Made by a program: the position numbers and the translations under genes. The notes beneath the pieces were generated by a model, which was given only the letters and a program-made list of their open reading frames with translations, had not been told where the DNA came from and did not search any database. A stretch of DNA of 64,000 nucleotides, from the NCBI GenBank assembly GCA_965261735.1, contig OZ253470.1, positions 384,001 through 448,000 of the forward strand. The letters run 5' to 3'. The DNA is from Alphaproteobacteria bacterium (GTDB lineage: Bacteria; Pseudomonadota; Alphaproteobacteria; SHVV01). How positions within the stretch are numbered: the first letter of the stretch is position 1; each line of letters begins with the position of its first letter. Positions 44,346 through 55,467 of this stretch are shown one piece after another.

Positions 44346-46725
44346 TGAGGTGGCCCCGGAAAATCGGACAGGTTTTTAAGGTGTATTCCGCCGACTGAGG
44401 AGGGATACGCGATGAGTAAGAGACGCAGGTTTTCCGGGGAGCTGAAGGCGAAGATCGCGCTTGAGGCGCTTCGTGGCGACCGGACGCTTCAGGAGATCGC
44501 CTCGCAGCACCAGGTTCATCCGAACCAAGTGAGCACATGGAAGCGGCAGGCGATCGATGGTCTTGGCGAAGTGTTTTCGAACGGGGGCGAGCGCCGCCGT
44601 CGGGACCATGAGAGCGAGATCCGTGATCTTCACGCGAAGATCGGCGAGTTGACGGTGGAGCGGGATTTTTTGTCTCGAGGGTCCGGTCGATGAGCCGGGC
44701 CGAGAGGCGAACGATGGTGATACGCGCTCACCCGGCGCTGAGCTTGAGCCGTCAATGCCGTTTGCTGTCGATCGGACGCTCCTCGCTCTATTACACGCCC
44801 AAGGGCGAGAGCCCGGAGACCCTGGCGCTGATGCGGCGCATTGATGAGTTGTTCCTGAAGTATCCGTTCTACGGCGCCCGTCAGATGGTCCGTCATCTAC
44901 GCCGCGAGGGCGTGCGCGTCGGTCGTCGCCGGGCCGGTCGTCTGATGCGCCTGATGGGGCTTCAGGCGATCTATCGGGCGCCGCGCACCAGCGATCCGCA
45001 TCCCGAGCACCGGGTCTACCCCTATCTGCTCAGAGGCTTGACGATCGAGCGGGCGAACCATGTCTGGTGCGCCGACATCACCTACATCCCGGTGCGGCGC
45101 GGCTTTCTTTACCTGGTGGCGATCATGGACTGGGCCAACCGGCATGTGCTGGCTTGGCGTCTGTCGAACACCCTGGATGCGGGCTTCTGCACAGACGCGC
45201 TCGACGAGGCGCTGGCCCGCCATGGCACGCCGGAGATCTTCAATACCGACCAGGGCAGCCAGTTCACCGGCTTCGCCTTCACCGGGCGCTTGCGGGAGAC
45301 CGGCATCCGGATCTCGATGGACGGCAGGGGCCGGTGCCTGGACAACATCTTCATTGAGCGGCTGTGGCGCTCGCTCAAATACGAGGCCGTCTATCTGCGC
45401 GAGCTCGCCGACGGCTTCGAGGCCCGGCGCGTCATCGGCGAGTGGATCGACTTCTACAACACCGAGAGGCCGCACTCGGCGCTCGGGGGGGAAACGCCGG
45501 CCGAGGCCTACCGCGGCGCCCCGCCTGTGGATATGATGGACAAGCCGCTACGCGCCTTGCCCACATCCCCACAGGCGCAACAACAACGGCAAGGAGATCG
45601 ATGCAAAGGGATTCTGGCGGCATGAACCTTGCCTATCCGGTTAACGCCCATGACCGCTACATGTAGGGTGCCGCCACTCTCCCGAGTAAAGCTCGGCATA
45701 GGTTGGAGCAGAGGTGTCGCCCGCGATGCCGAGCAATGAGCGGAAGGCGTTGAACGGGTAGAACCGCCTGTTGAAGCGGAAGGTGAACTCGTTGAGGTAG
45801 GCTTGTAGGTGCTGGTGGCTAACGCCGTGGTGGATACCGATCAGCCACGTCTTCAGGTTGGCGAAAACCAGATGGATGATCGGCAGGTATTGCTCGGCAA
45901 CCTCTGGATCACCACACTCGGCAACAGCGAAGTGCTCATAGCCGCGCTTACCGAGGCCAGCATAGCCGCTCCAATCGTCAGTAACGATCAGCGATCGCGG
46001 CGCGACGGTGCTCTCGACGAACCCACAGAGCGACTCGGCGCTACGGTCGAGCACGACGTCGATGGCACAGGAGACGGGAACCTTGTGGTGAACACCACGG
46101 CCTTCCCCACGCGTTCGCCCGCCAACCCAGGTTTCGTCCACCTCAACATGGTTCTTGGGCTGTCCACCGATCCTGTCTTGGTTGGGCCGCACCATGCCCG
46201 AGCGGAGCTTGTGGAGAATTTGAAAGGCCGTCTCGTAGCGCGAAAGACCAAGTTGCCGCTGAAACTGCACGGCGGACATGCCGGGCGTCTGACTGGCGAC
46301 CAGATAAGCGGCCCAGAACCAGACGTTCAGCGGAGTGTGGCTACGCTCCATCACTGTTCCCACCGTCAGCCCGGTGTTCTGGCGGCACTTGCGGCAGCGC
46401 AGGACGCCAGGGCGGTTTTCAAAGTGGAACGGCTCTCCCGCCGTGCCGCAGTGCGGGCAGGCAAAGCCGTCTCCCCAGCGGGCTTTCTCCAGGTAGGCGG
46501 CGCAGGCCGCATCATCGGGGAAAAGTCGCTGGAACTCGGGTAGCGAATGCGGGAATGGGAGATCGGCGCGGTCGAGAACATCCATGGCGCGCTCCCCTAT
46601 ATCCGGGTTGCGCCCATTCTAGCCCTAGTGGGTGTGGGTGTAACCCGGATAGGCAAGGCATGAACGACAACTGGAATACACCTTAATCAAGCCGCCAAGC
46701 TGTCCGACAAACCGAGGCCACCTCA
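44346..46725 (+). mobile_element. IS3-family element copy 2 (orfA 44412-44693, orfB 44690-45625) with nested IS1595
   Basis: Same proteins as copy 1; right end resumes after 46657. Confidence 0.95.
45628..46657 (-). mobile_element. IS1595-family element (transposase 45641-46585, probably internally deleted)
   Basis: TIR cttgcctatccgg; 8-bp TSD GCATGAAC; zinc finger, 'VEVDE', 'YLNEFTFRFNRR'. Confidence 0.92.
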
Positions 46726-46910
46726 GTTGCCGAACGCCCTGACCAAGCGGCTGGTCAACCACGCTCCACCCAACGATGTCACGGAAGGCTACGCCGCCGA
46801 CTGGACCATCGGGCAATTACGCGATCCCGCGCAGAGAATCGCCGACCGTATCGAGGCGTTAACGATGAACGACCACGTACCCGCGGCGGAGACGTCATAG
46901 CACTCCCGCC

Positions 46911-47526
46911 GGTGCTGTCACGGTAACTGGCTGGTGTCAGCTGCGGGTGGCGAGTAGCTTCCTGTTATGAACAAGATCAGCTACCGCCGACATCGGTTTC
47001 CTGCAGAGATAATCCAGCGCGCCGTCTGGCTGTGTTTTCGGTTTCCGCTCAGTTACCGCGATGTGGAGGATCTGCTCGCTGAACGTGGTGTCGATGTTTC
47101 TTACGAGACGATACGGCGCTGGGCTTTAAAGTTTGGGCAGGCCTATGCCCGAAAACTGAGACAATCACGCCCTCGACCAGACGACCGGTGGCACCTTGAT
47201 GAGGTGTTTTCCTCCATCAACGGAAAACGGATGTATCTATGGCGGGCGGTGGACAGCGAGGGTGAGGTGCTGGATATCTTGGTTCAGTCCCGGAGGAACA
47301 AGAAAGCAGCACTCAAGCTGATGCGCAAACTGCGGCGCAAAGGTTTCTCTCCACCCACGCCGCCATCTACAACACCTTCAATGTCCAACGTCATCTGATC
47401 ACTCGCAAGACAATGCGCCAATTCCGCGGTGACGCGATGAACACGTGGCGGACCGTGACCGCTGCTGCCTGAGCCGCTCAGTTCAGACGTTCAACTGCGA
47501 CCTGCCTTCGTTAAGTTGACAGCACC
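46911..47526 (+). mobile_element. IS6-family element C with a 190-bp internal deletion
   Basis: 616 bp versus the 806-bp copy at 62177-62982; both TIRs retained. Confidence 0.92.
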
Positions 47527-47540
47527 GAGGGAGACGCGCT

Positions 47541-48329
47541 CTACCCGGTCCGACCGTAGAATCCAAGCCGCTCAGCATCGCTGAATGCGACGTCTGCTGC
47601 CTCGTAGTACGAAAACACCGCGATGATGCGCGCATGGCCTCCTTCGACCGTCGTCACGCGATGCGCCGTATTCTTGCCCCTGAAGACATTGAGCGTGCCG
47701 GACGACAGCGACAGAGTCCGCACGTGTCGGTCTTCGCCTGCCAGGAGGCGCGCTACACCGTCGTAGTTCGGGTCCGTGTCGCTCCGAAGGCCGCTGCGGT
47801 ACTGGAATTTGCCGCCCGACACCGGCGCCTGCAAGAGCATGGTCGTGGTGAATTCCGCCCGGTCGAAATGCCAGTTGAGGCGCTCTCCGGCGCGATAACA
47901 CATGACGTTGATCCGGCCCAGGGGATCCGCCATCGGGTATAGCCGAGGCTTGTCCATAGCCGCGGCCAGGAAGTCGATGAGCGGCTGCCATTCGTAAATC
48001 CGCGCGATCAGACTTCCGGGAACCTGGTCGCCGCAAATCGTGCGGTTGATCGTCGTGAACCGGCTGAACGCCGGGTGGCCCGCCTCCAGACCCCCGATCT
48101 CGTCATCGAAGTAGATGTTGTGTTCGCGCGCGTGGACAAAGGCGACGGAGTCGAAGAGCGGCTCCAACTCTGTGACGCAGGTACAAAGGGCCTCCGGCCG
48201 TATGAGCCCGGAGAGGCTGAACATGCCGGCATGGCGCAGCCCGTTCCGACAGCGGTCAACCAGGGCCTGTCTCCGCGCCTCGTCGAGAGTGCCCAGCGGC
48301 CAGCGATCGAGATCCAGAACCTGCCTCAT
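47541..48329 (-). CDS. 2OG-Fe(II) oxygenase (BesD/HalD-like fold, HxD type)
   Basis: 'LNWHFD', 'FRGKNTAHRVT', 'RIIAVFSY'. Confidence 0.75.
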   Translation of the reverse strand: MRQVLDLDRWPLGTLDEARRQALVDRCRNGLRHAGMFSLSGLIRPEALCTCVTELEPLFDSVAFVHAREHNIYFDDEIGGLEAGHPAFSRFTTINRTICGDQVPGSLIARIYEWQPLIDFLAAAMDKPRLYPMADPLGRINVMCYRAGERLNWHFDRAEFTTTMLLQAPVSGGKFQYRSGLRSDTDPNYDGVARLLAGEDRHVRTLSLSSGTLNVFRGKNTAHRVTTVEGGHARIIAVFSYYEAADVAFSDAERLGFYGRTG

Positions 48330-48353
48330 GCATCCTCGGGCGCCGATTGGGAG

Positions 48354-49802
48354 GATCGTGTCCCGCGGAGTGGTGTAAGAGCGTTGCGCTCTACGCGGCT
48401 CCCGGCGGGTAGGGCCGGGACGTTCAGGCTGCCACGGTGGGCAGCGTGATGGGGACACCATCGCTCAGCGGAGCGATGGATTCCAGCGTCATGTATCTCC
48501 TTGAGACGGCCCACTCGTCGTTCTGCTCGAGAAGGATGGCGCCGACGAGCCGTGTGATGGCGGCTTCGTTGGGAAAGATACCGACGACGTTGGTGCGACG
48601 CTTGACCTCGGCATGGAGCCGTTCGATCGGGTTTGTGGAGTGCAATTTCTGGCGGTGCTCCCTGGGGAAGCTCATGTAGGCGAGGACGTCGTGCTCGGCT
48701 TCGTCCATGAGAACTGCCAGCTTGGGCACCTTGGGCCTGAGCTGGTCGGCGACCTGGCGCCACTGGACCTTCGCGCTGTCGGCGTCCTCCTGGGCGAAGG
48801 CGGTGGCGACGAAGGCGGAGACGACGCGCCGGCCCTGGCGGCCGGCATGGGCCAGCAGGTTGCGGGCGAAGTGCACGCGGCAGCGCTGCCATGTGGCGCC
48901 GAGGATCCGGGTCGCGGCGGCCTTCAGGCCCTTGTGGTCGTCGGAGATCACCAGCTTCACGCCGCGCAGCCCGCGCCGGGCCAGCGAGCGCAGGAACTCG
49001 GGCCTGAAGGTCTCGGCCTCCGACGCGCCGATCGCCACGCCCAGGACCTCGCGGCGGCCTTGGTCGTTGACGGCCACAGCCACGGTCACCGCGACCGAGA
49101 CGATGCGTCCGGTCTGGCGCACCTTCACGTAGGTGGCGTCGAGCCACAGATAGGGCCAGTCGCCCTCCAGCGGTCGATCGAGGAAGCCGGTGACCTTATC
49201 GTCGATCTCGCCGCACAGCCTGGAGACCTGGCTCTTGGAGGCGCCCGACATCCCCATCGCCTGAACCAGATCGTCGACCGAGCGGGTCGACACCCCCTGG
49301 ATGTAGGCCTCCTGGATCACCGCAGCCAGCGCCTTCTCGGCCATCCGCCGCGGCTCCAGGAAGCCCGGGAAGTAGCTTCCCTTCCTCAGCTTCGGGATCT
49401 TCAGCTCGACCGTGCCGGCCCGCGTCTCCCAGGACCGGTCGCGGTAGCCGTTGCGATGGGTGATACGATCCGCCGAGCGCTCGCCGTGCCCGGCGCCGGT
49501 CAGGCCCTCAACCTCCAGTGCCATCAGCCGCTCGGCCGTGAAGCCGATCATCTCGCAAAGCAGATCGGCATCGGAGCTCTTCTCCAAAAGCGCGCGCAGG
49601 GTCATCATGTCCTGGGTCATCGTGGTTCTCCTTCGGGTCAGGTTGGTTTGCACTAGCCCAACCCTAAACCGGAACCGCGATGGCCTCCGCTGTGGATAGC
49701 CGGCTTGCCTACGCCAGACTCTCGGCGGTCGCTACGGCAAGCCGCCTACCCACAGCTAACAGAGGCTCCAACAACTCCTACACCACGTCCTGGGACACGA
49801 CC
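48354..49802 (-). mobile_element. IS256-family element, second type (transposase 48424 to ~49620)
   Basis: TIRs gatcgtgtccc / gggacacgacc; TSD ATTGGGAG; '[11 protein letters not shown]', 'STNPIER'. Confidence 0.95.
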
Positions 49803-50964
49803 ATTGGGAGTGGCATATTGTCGGGCGCCGGCTGACTGCCAGGATGAGGGTGCAGGCGAAACGGCTGCAGCGCAACGATGTCCTGAGCATAAGGTACAAG
49901 GTGGAATCCTCCGGGAAGCAGCAGCGCGATCTTCTGATCAACGGCGCAGGTGCTGACGGAATGAAGCCGGTGTACTGCATATATTGTACTTAAGCGCAGC
50001 GGCGGGTGTGGAAGCAAGGAGTGGCGACAGCTCTGTTTGGAACGCTTCAGGCCGGCTGCCTGCTGGCCGATGCCCGGGATGTGCCGTTGACCACGAAGAG
50101 GCTGCACGAGATCGAGGAGCAGTGCTTTCCCTGGCACTTTCTCTTCAGTCGATCCGTGTTCGTGCCGCAGAAGACGATACTTGTCGCCGAGGAAGAGGCG
50201 GAGTTGGTCAGCCTGGTGGAAGAACTTGATGAGACAGAGCCGAGTCTGAGGCCGACGGCGGGCCAGGGCGATGGCGCGATGGCGGGTGGAATGCGCCCAC
50301 GATCGACGACCTCAGCCGGGATACGGGACGAGAATTCGACCGGGCCGGGGTCCGCGAGACCACGGATGAAGACCGGGCGAGAGTTGAGCCTCTGACGGCG
50401 GCAGGACGTCTGATGGCGCAGGACGACCGGGGGCGGCTGGTCGACCGGGGGATTCACCGCAAGGCAAATGCTCGGCCTACAAAAATCACTTGTATCTGGT
50501 GGTAATCCGACTTCATCAACTCGTCGGTATCATTCGGATAACTTTTCTTACTTGTAAACCTCTACCCCTTAAATCGCTTTTGATTTCTACTTCCATCTCG
50601 TCACCTTCCAGAATGCTGGTTCTCACATCGCCATCCAACACAGAAAAATGAAAAACGCATCAGTACTATCCGACGTCGCTTCTGGCGATCCGAGCTGATG
50701 CCAGCGCGCCGTTGTCAGACTAACCGGGTCGGCCTATAGAACCTACGATCAAGGGCTCTCAGGCTGCGAGTTGACGCCAGATCACCGACATCCTGAAAGA
50801 TGGGAACGCCGCCGACCGCGTCGCCGAGGAAAGCTGCGCTGCGTTTGTGAGGAGACGGTAGTTCGGGACCGCGCCAGCGATCCTGCCATCACAGTTCATG
50901 TCGACCACGACGGAGGCGTCTTCGACCGCGAACGCGGCATCCACCGGAACTTAGTTCGGTAAAA

Positions 50965-50987
50965 GTGGCTGCGTGCCCCCGCAACCA
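50965..50987 (+). other. Possible att scar resembling the tRNA-fMet 3' end
   Basis: gtggctgcgtgcccccgcaacca; imperfect dyad; last 13 nt match the fMet acceptor end. Confidence 0.4.
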
Positions 50988-51187
50988 AGGTGACCCGTTG
51001 CTTTGAATGCGTTTGACAGACTCTCCTCATTCGAGTCGTCACACCATCGCTGAGCGGTTTTTTGTTAAGGTCCCAAATGACGCCAGCCAGGGACAGTAGT
51101 TTGAACGTAAGCGTTTACGGAACGATGACGACCGCGTCAGGCTTCCGTGTTTGGCTATCCGGGTATGTACATGGAAGCATTGTCAAA

Positions 51188-51655
51188 CTAACTCGGCCAA
51201 ATCTTTTGGGCAATTGACTTGAACTGAGAAACACCCATCGATCCACGCTCGTTTCTCGATTTCGAGCCGGGCGCTATCAGTCGTTCAACGACCGGTCCGC
51301 GATCTGCTTCCCAAATTTCGAGTACTTCGTAGTCGCGGTGCATGAGAACGAGGACGACGCTGTCGAACTCTTTGCTGATATCAATCTTAGACACGCGCCC
51401 CCATTTTGCACCGTCGCGCTTCCACCGTCCCTTGATCTGAATTTTGCTTTTTTGTTTGCCTCTCCGCCGAAGGGCGTCATAGCCGGGGCTGCGGGCATCG
51501 GCAAGTTCGAGGCCGAGTTTCTCAGACGCCTCGAATTCTGCGATCTCTCCCGTCACACCCAAAGGCTTTCGGGTCTTCTCGTAGTACTCAACAGCCAGAG
51601 CCTTTACGTCTCGCAGAATATCTTTTTCGGTTCTCTTAATGATTGGTCCCTCCAT
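51188..51655 (-). CDS. DUF6998-like PD-(D/E)xK-type protein
   Basis: 'GEIAE...GYDA...IQIK'; lower GC. Confidence 0.65.
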   Translation of the reverse strand: MEGPIIKRTEKDILRDVKALAVEYYEKTRKPLGVTGEIAEFEASEKLGLELADARSPGYDALRRRGKQKSKIQIKGRWKRDGAKWGRVSKIDISKEFDSVVLVLMHRDYEVLEIWEADRGPVVERLIAPGSKSRNERGSMGVSQFKSIAQKIWPS

Positions 51656-51774
51656 GACCGGCCAAAAGAATGATGCTGCAAGTTGCGTGGTGCAATAGGT
51701 AGCTCACCTATAGGCCATGGGTCTTTGGGAATGTGCCTCCTCGTTCATCAACACATCGACCCGATCGGCGATGT

Positions 51775-52436
51775 GTTGTTCTGGGGCGCAGGCCGACCAG
51801 GATGCCCGCATGGGTGAGCGCGCTGCCCGAGGCGCAGACCACGGCGTCGAAGGGCATGCCGGGGGTCTGGTCCACGATCTCTTCGGCGGCGAGCACGTAG
51901 CCGAGTCCACCGAGCGGCGGATGCCCGGGGGCGGAATGGATCACGTAGGGCCGGCGGCCCTCGCCCGCGAGCGCCGCCGCACGGCGCTCCATCGCCGCGT
52001 CCGCCGCCGCTTCGTCCTCGCCCTCGGGGAAGGCGTGGAGGGTTGCGCCCAGCACGCGGTCGAGCAGCAGGTTGCCGGAGGTGCGGTAGAGCGCGCCCAT
52101 GCCGTCCACCCGATCTTCAAGTTGGATGTGGGCCTCCATCCCGAGCCGCCGCGCAGCCGCGGCGGCGATGCGCACCAGGTTCGACTGAACCGCGCCGGTG
52201 ACCAGCACCGTATCGGCGCCGCGTGCCTCAGCCTCGCCGAAGTGGAACTCGAGCTGGCGCACCTTGTTGCCGCCGAACGCGAAGCCGGTGCAGTCGTCGC
52301 GCTTGATCCAGAGATCGATGCCGAGCACAGCGCCGAGGTTCAGAGCGGGATCGAGCGGCGTCGGCGCATAGCCGAGCCGCGCCCGCGGGAAGCGGGCGAT
52401 GCCGGCAAGGGAGGTGGGCATGACGGGAACAGGCAT
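51775..52436 (-). pseudogene. D-cysteine desulfhydrase/ACC deaminase family, 3' truncated
   Basis: 'WIKRDDCTG..FGGNKVRQLE', 'GAVQSN'; sequence diverges after 'GILVGLR'. Confidence 0.85.
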
Positions 52437-52566
52437 GTCCGGTGGCTTCTCCGGGGAAGTGTCTCAGTTTGCGCCCAGACAGGCGCCCTCGCCGGGCGGC
52501 CGATGCAAGCGGATTTTGCCGCCCGCGGCGATAACGCGCCCCCCGGTATTGAAGTCGGCGGCGGTC

Positions 52567-52728
52567 CCACGATCTTCATTGCCATGGGATCGGGTTTTTC
52601 CTTGGCTTGTAAATCAGCCTGGCGCACCAGCCACTTTGCGAAGACCTCTTCAGCGTGCCCGCCGCCGACAGAAGCGCATTCAATTTTCTCATCGGACCTT
52701 CGGTGAGTACGGTTTCATCGATAGCCAT
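52567..52728 (-). pseudogene. Decayed paralog of the 40993 small gene
   Basis: MAIDETVLTEG..RKLNAL / ..KPDPMAMKIV; frameshifted and truncated. Confidence 0.8.
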
Positions 52729-53011
52729 TTCCTGAACCTCTCACTTCCAACTTCTTTCACCGTAGAGTAGCGGGGCTTTGATAGGACAGATTGCCACTGT
52801 TCCGCGGCGGTTACGGGTAATGGCCTGCACGCCTAATAATCACTTTCGTATCTAATCCTCTAAGAATAAGTCAAATTCCGCTACTACATTACCGTCGGCA
52901 GGAGATTCGATTCTATACCGCCCCTCTTTCACGAAGCGTCTCAACTTTTTTACGAGACATTATGTGACGTTTCCGATCTATTTCCCGCCGCCGGATTGTG
53001 GTGATCCCAAA

Positions 53012-54280
53012 GGCAGTCACGTTATTGAACGGCCGTGCCGCGAATTAGCATAAATCTCAAACTCAAGCGGTGGCGGTTTGCCGCGGGCCCAGTGCGTGGT
53101 TGCGAAACTGGCGCAATGTTTTTCCTGCTTATCCGTGACACTCCGCTTCGGAAGGCATATGTTCTTGGTATGTTCCTGACGAGGGAGGTTACGGATATGG
53201 GGTTCAAGGTTGCATCGCGGGTGCGCGGGTTGAGCGACGAGGCGTTTCGCGAAGCCTTCGGCGCCGAGGAGCAGTGCCGCTTGGCATTGTCCCGGCTGCG
53301 CTGGCCGGACGGCTTCGTCTGCCCCGCCTGCGGCCATCGCAGGCATTGTGTGCTGGCGGGCCGGAGCCTCTACCAATGCTACCGGTGCAAGAAGCAGACA
53401 TCCTCCACGGCGGGCACGATCTTCCACGCCACCAAGCTGCCGCTGACGCTGTGGTTCGCGGCCGTCCACCTGATCGTAACGGCGAAGAACGGGATTTCCT
53501 CGGTCGAGCTGGGGCGCCGTCTCGGGGTCAAGCAGCCGACCGCCTGGACCATGAAGCACAAGATCATGGCGGTGATGGCGCGGCGCGAGGCAGACACGCC
53601 GCTGTCGGGGCGGGTGGAGATGGACGATGCTTACCTCGGCGGCGCGCGCGCCGGCGGCAAGCGGGGCCGTGGCGCGCCGGGCAAGACGCCCTTCGTGGCG
53701 GCGGTCTCCACCAGCCCCGAGGGCCGGCCGCGCAAGGTCAAGCTGGTCCCGGTCAAGGGCTTCCGCAAGCGCGAGATCGCGCGCGGCGCCAAGCGCTGGC
53801 TGGCCCCCGGAAGCGAGGTCCTCACCGACGGCCTGCGCTGCTGGAACGCGCTCGACGGGGTCGTCGGAAGCCATCGCGCGATCCGCACCGGCTCCGGGCG
53901 GCAGGCCGCCCGCATGGCGCCCTTCAAATGGGTCAACACGACGCTCGGCAACATCAAGAGCGCGATCACCGGAACCTACCGCAAGCTCGGCCCCGATCAT
54001 GCCCAACGCTACCCCGCCAGCTTCGCCTGGCGATACAACCGGCGCTACCAGCTCAACACCATGATCCCGCGCTTCGTTCACAGCGCCGCACGAACCCAAC
54101 CCATCCCATACCGGGCGCTCATCGCTGGATGACTTTCATGGATAAGCAGGATGTTTTTTGGGGAATCAGATGGCGTTGGACGTTGAAGCTGTTGTAAACG
54201 ATGACGTAGGTAGAGAGAAACCGCTGCGCTGATCGAGCCGATTTGAAACGCTGCATTCGTCGTTCCCGCTGCCGGATCGG
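53012..54280 (-). mobile_element. IS6 3' remnant interrupted by IS1595
   Basis: 'PIRQRERRMQRFKSARSAQRFLS..NVQRHL'; end aacgtgactgcc. Confidence 0.8.
53124..54150 (+). mobile_element. IS1595-family element, complete (transposase ~53197-54132)
   Basis: TIRs cctgcttatcc / ggataagcagg; TSD ATGTTTTT; 'CPAC..CYRC', 'VEMDDAYLGG'. Confidence 0.93.
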
Positions 54281-54334
54281 CGCTCCGGAAACCGGCGACA
54301 TTTTGGAAATGCAGGACAGCAAGGAGCGCCATTC

Positions 54335-55084
54335 ATGACAGTCAGGATATTGCTGCCGCTGCTGGCGATCGCCGCCGCCGCGGCATTCATCCCGGACAGC
54401 CGCGCCGAGTCTCCGGCCACCCCGGGCCTCGACAGGGAGTCGGTCCGCAAGATCGTCAGGGAATACCTGCTCGAACATCCCGAGGTCATCGAAGAAGCCA
54501 TCCAGGTTCTGCGGGCCAAGCGGGAATCGCGGACGCAGGACCGCGTCCGCGCCGCGCTCCGCGAGCACGACAAGGCGTTGCGGTCCCACCCGATGTCGCC
54601 GGTCTCGGGCAACCCGAAGGGCGATGTCACCCTCGTCGAGTTCTTCGACTACCAGTGCGGCTATTGCAAACAGTCGCTGAAGCCGGTGAGGGACCTGCTG
54701 GAGACCGACAGGCAGCTGCGCGTCGTCTGGAAGGAGTTTCCCATCCTCGGTCCGGTCTCGCGGTTCGCGGCCCGGGCGGCGATGGCCTCCAGGAAGCAGG
54801 GCCGGTACCTCGAATTCCATGTCGCCGTCATGGGCTCGCGCGGGAAGCTGACGGAAGACAGGGTCATGGCCATTGCCGGCAGCGCCAGTCTCGACGTCCA
54901 ACGCCTTCGCCGCGACATGGAGGATCCCGCCATCGAGAACTACCTCGACGAAACGATCCGCCTGGCCCGGGTCCTCGGCATCCGCGGGACTCCTGCGTTC
55001 GTGATCGGCGACACCCTGGTTCCGGGCGTCGTCGGCGGTGCCCGTCTGAAGGAACTCATCGCCAAGGCCCGGTCGGGCAGCTAA
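54335..55084 (+). CDS. DsbA-family thiol oxidoreductase (ScsC/Com1-like)
   Basis: 'EYLLEHPEVI', 'EFFDYQCGYC', 'GTPAF'. Confidence 0.9.
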   Translation: MTVRILLPLLAIAAAAAFIPDSRAESPATPGLDRESVRKIVREYLLEHPEVIEEAIQVLRAKRESRTQDRVRAALREHDKALRSHPMSPVSGNPKGDVTLVEFFDYQCGYCKQSLKPVRDLLETDRQLRVVWKEFPILGPVSRFAARAAMASRKQGRYLEFHVAVMGSRGKLTEDRVMAIAGSASLDVQRLRRDMEDPAIENYLDETIRLARVLGIRGTPAFVIGDTLVPGVVGGARLKELIAKARSGS

Positions 55085-55328
55085 GGCCGCGGTCGGCCGT
55101 AAGCTGGCGCAGCCGGAACGCACGGTCGTCGCGACCGTGGACGACGCGGGGTTGGAGATGCGCGCAAGCGTGCGATCAAGCGGACGACCTTCTCCACGGC
55201 CTAACGGAACGTTTACCCCATCGGTTACCCTTCACCCCTTCACGGCGACAGACATGCGCTGTGATTGTACTCCGCGTGATTCCCAATAGATTCCCAACAT
55301 GCTATACTTGCCATGTTGGTGGAATCAA

Positions 55329-55362
55329 AAACCCCTGAAAACATCAGTGTCTTCAGGGGTTT
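55329..55362 (-). terminator. Intrinsic-terminator-like hairpin downstream of the tRNA fragment
   Basis: aaacccctgaa-N12-ttcaggggttt. Confidence 0.6.
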
Positions 55363-55366
55363 GATT

Positions 55367-55412
55367 TGGTTGCGGGGTTGGATTTGAACCAACGACCTTC
55401 AGGCTATGAGCC
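55367..55412 (-). pseudogene. tRNA-fMet 3' half (att-site remnant)
   Basis: Reverse complement ggctcatagcctgaaggtcgttggttcaaatccaaccccgcaacca: CAT anticodon, T arm, CCA; no D arm. Confidence 0.85.
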
Positions 55413-55467
55413 GGATTGTCATGTCAACGGCGGCGGGAATATGTACCGGCGCGGCGGCGCAAAAATG

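Noticed and set aside
47541-48329. BesD-type halogenase
   Set aside because: The metal motif is H-F-D; halogenases replace the carboxylate with Gly or Ala.
55367-55412. Functional tRNA-Met
   Set aside because: The 5' half and D arm are absent and the acceptor strand is one base short.
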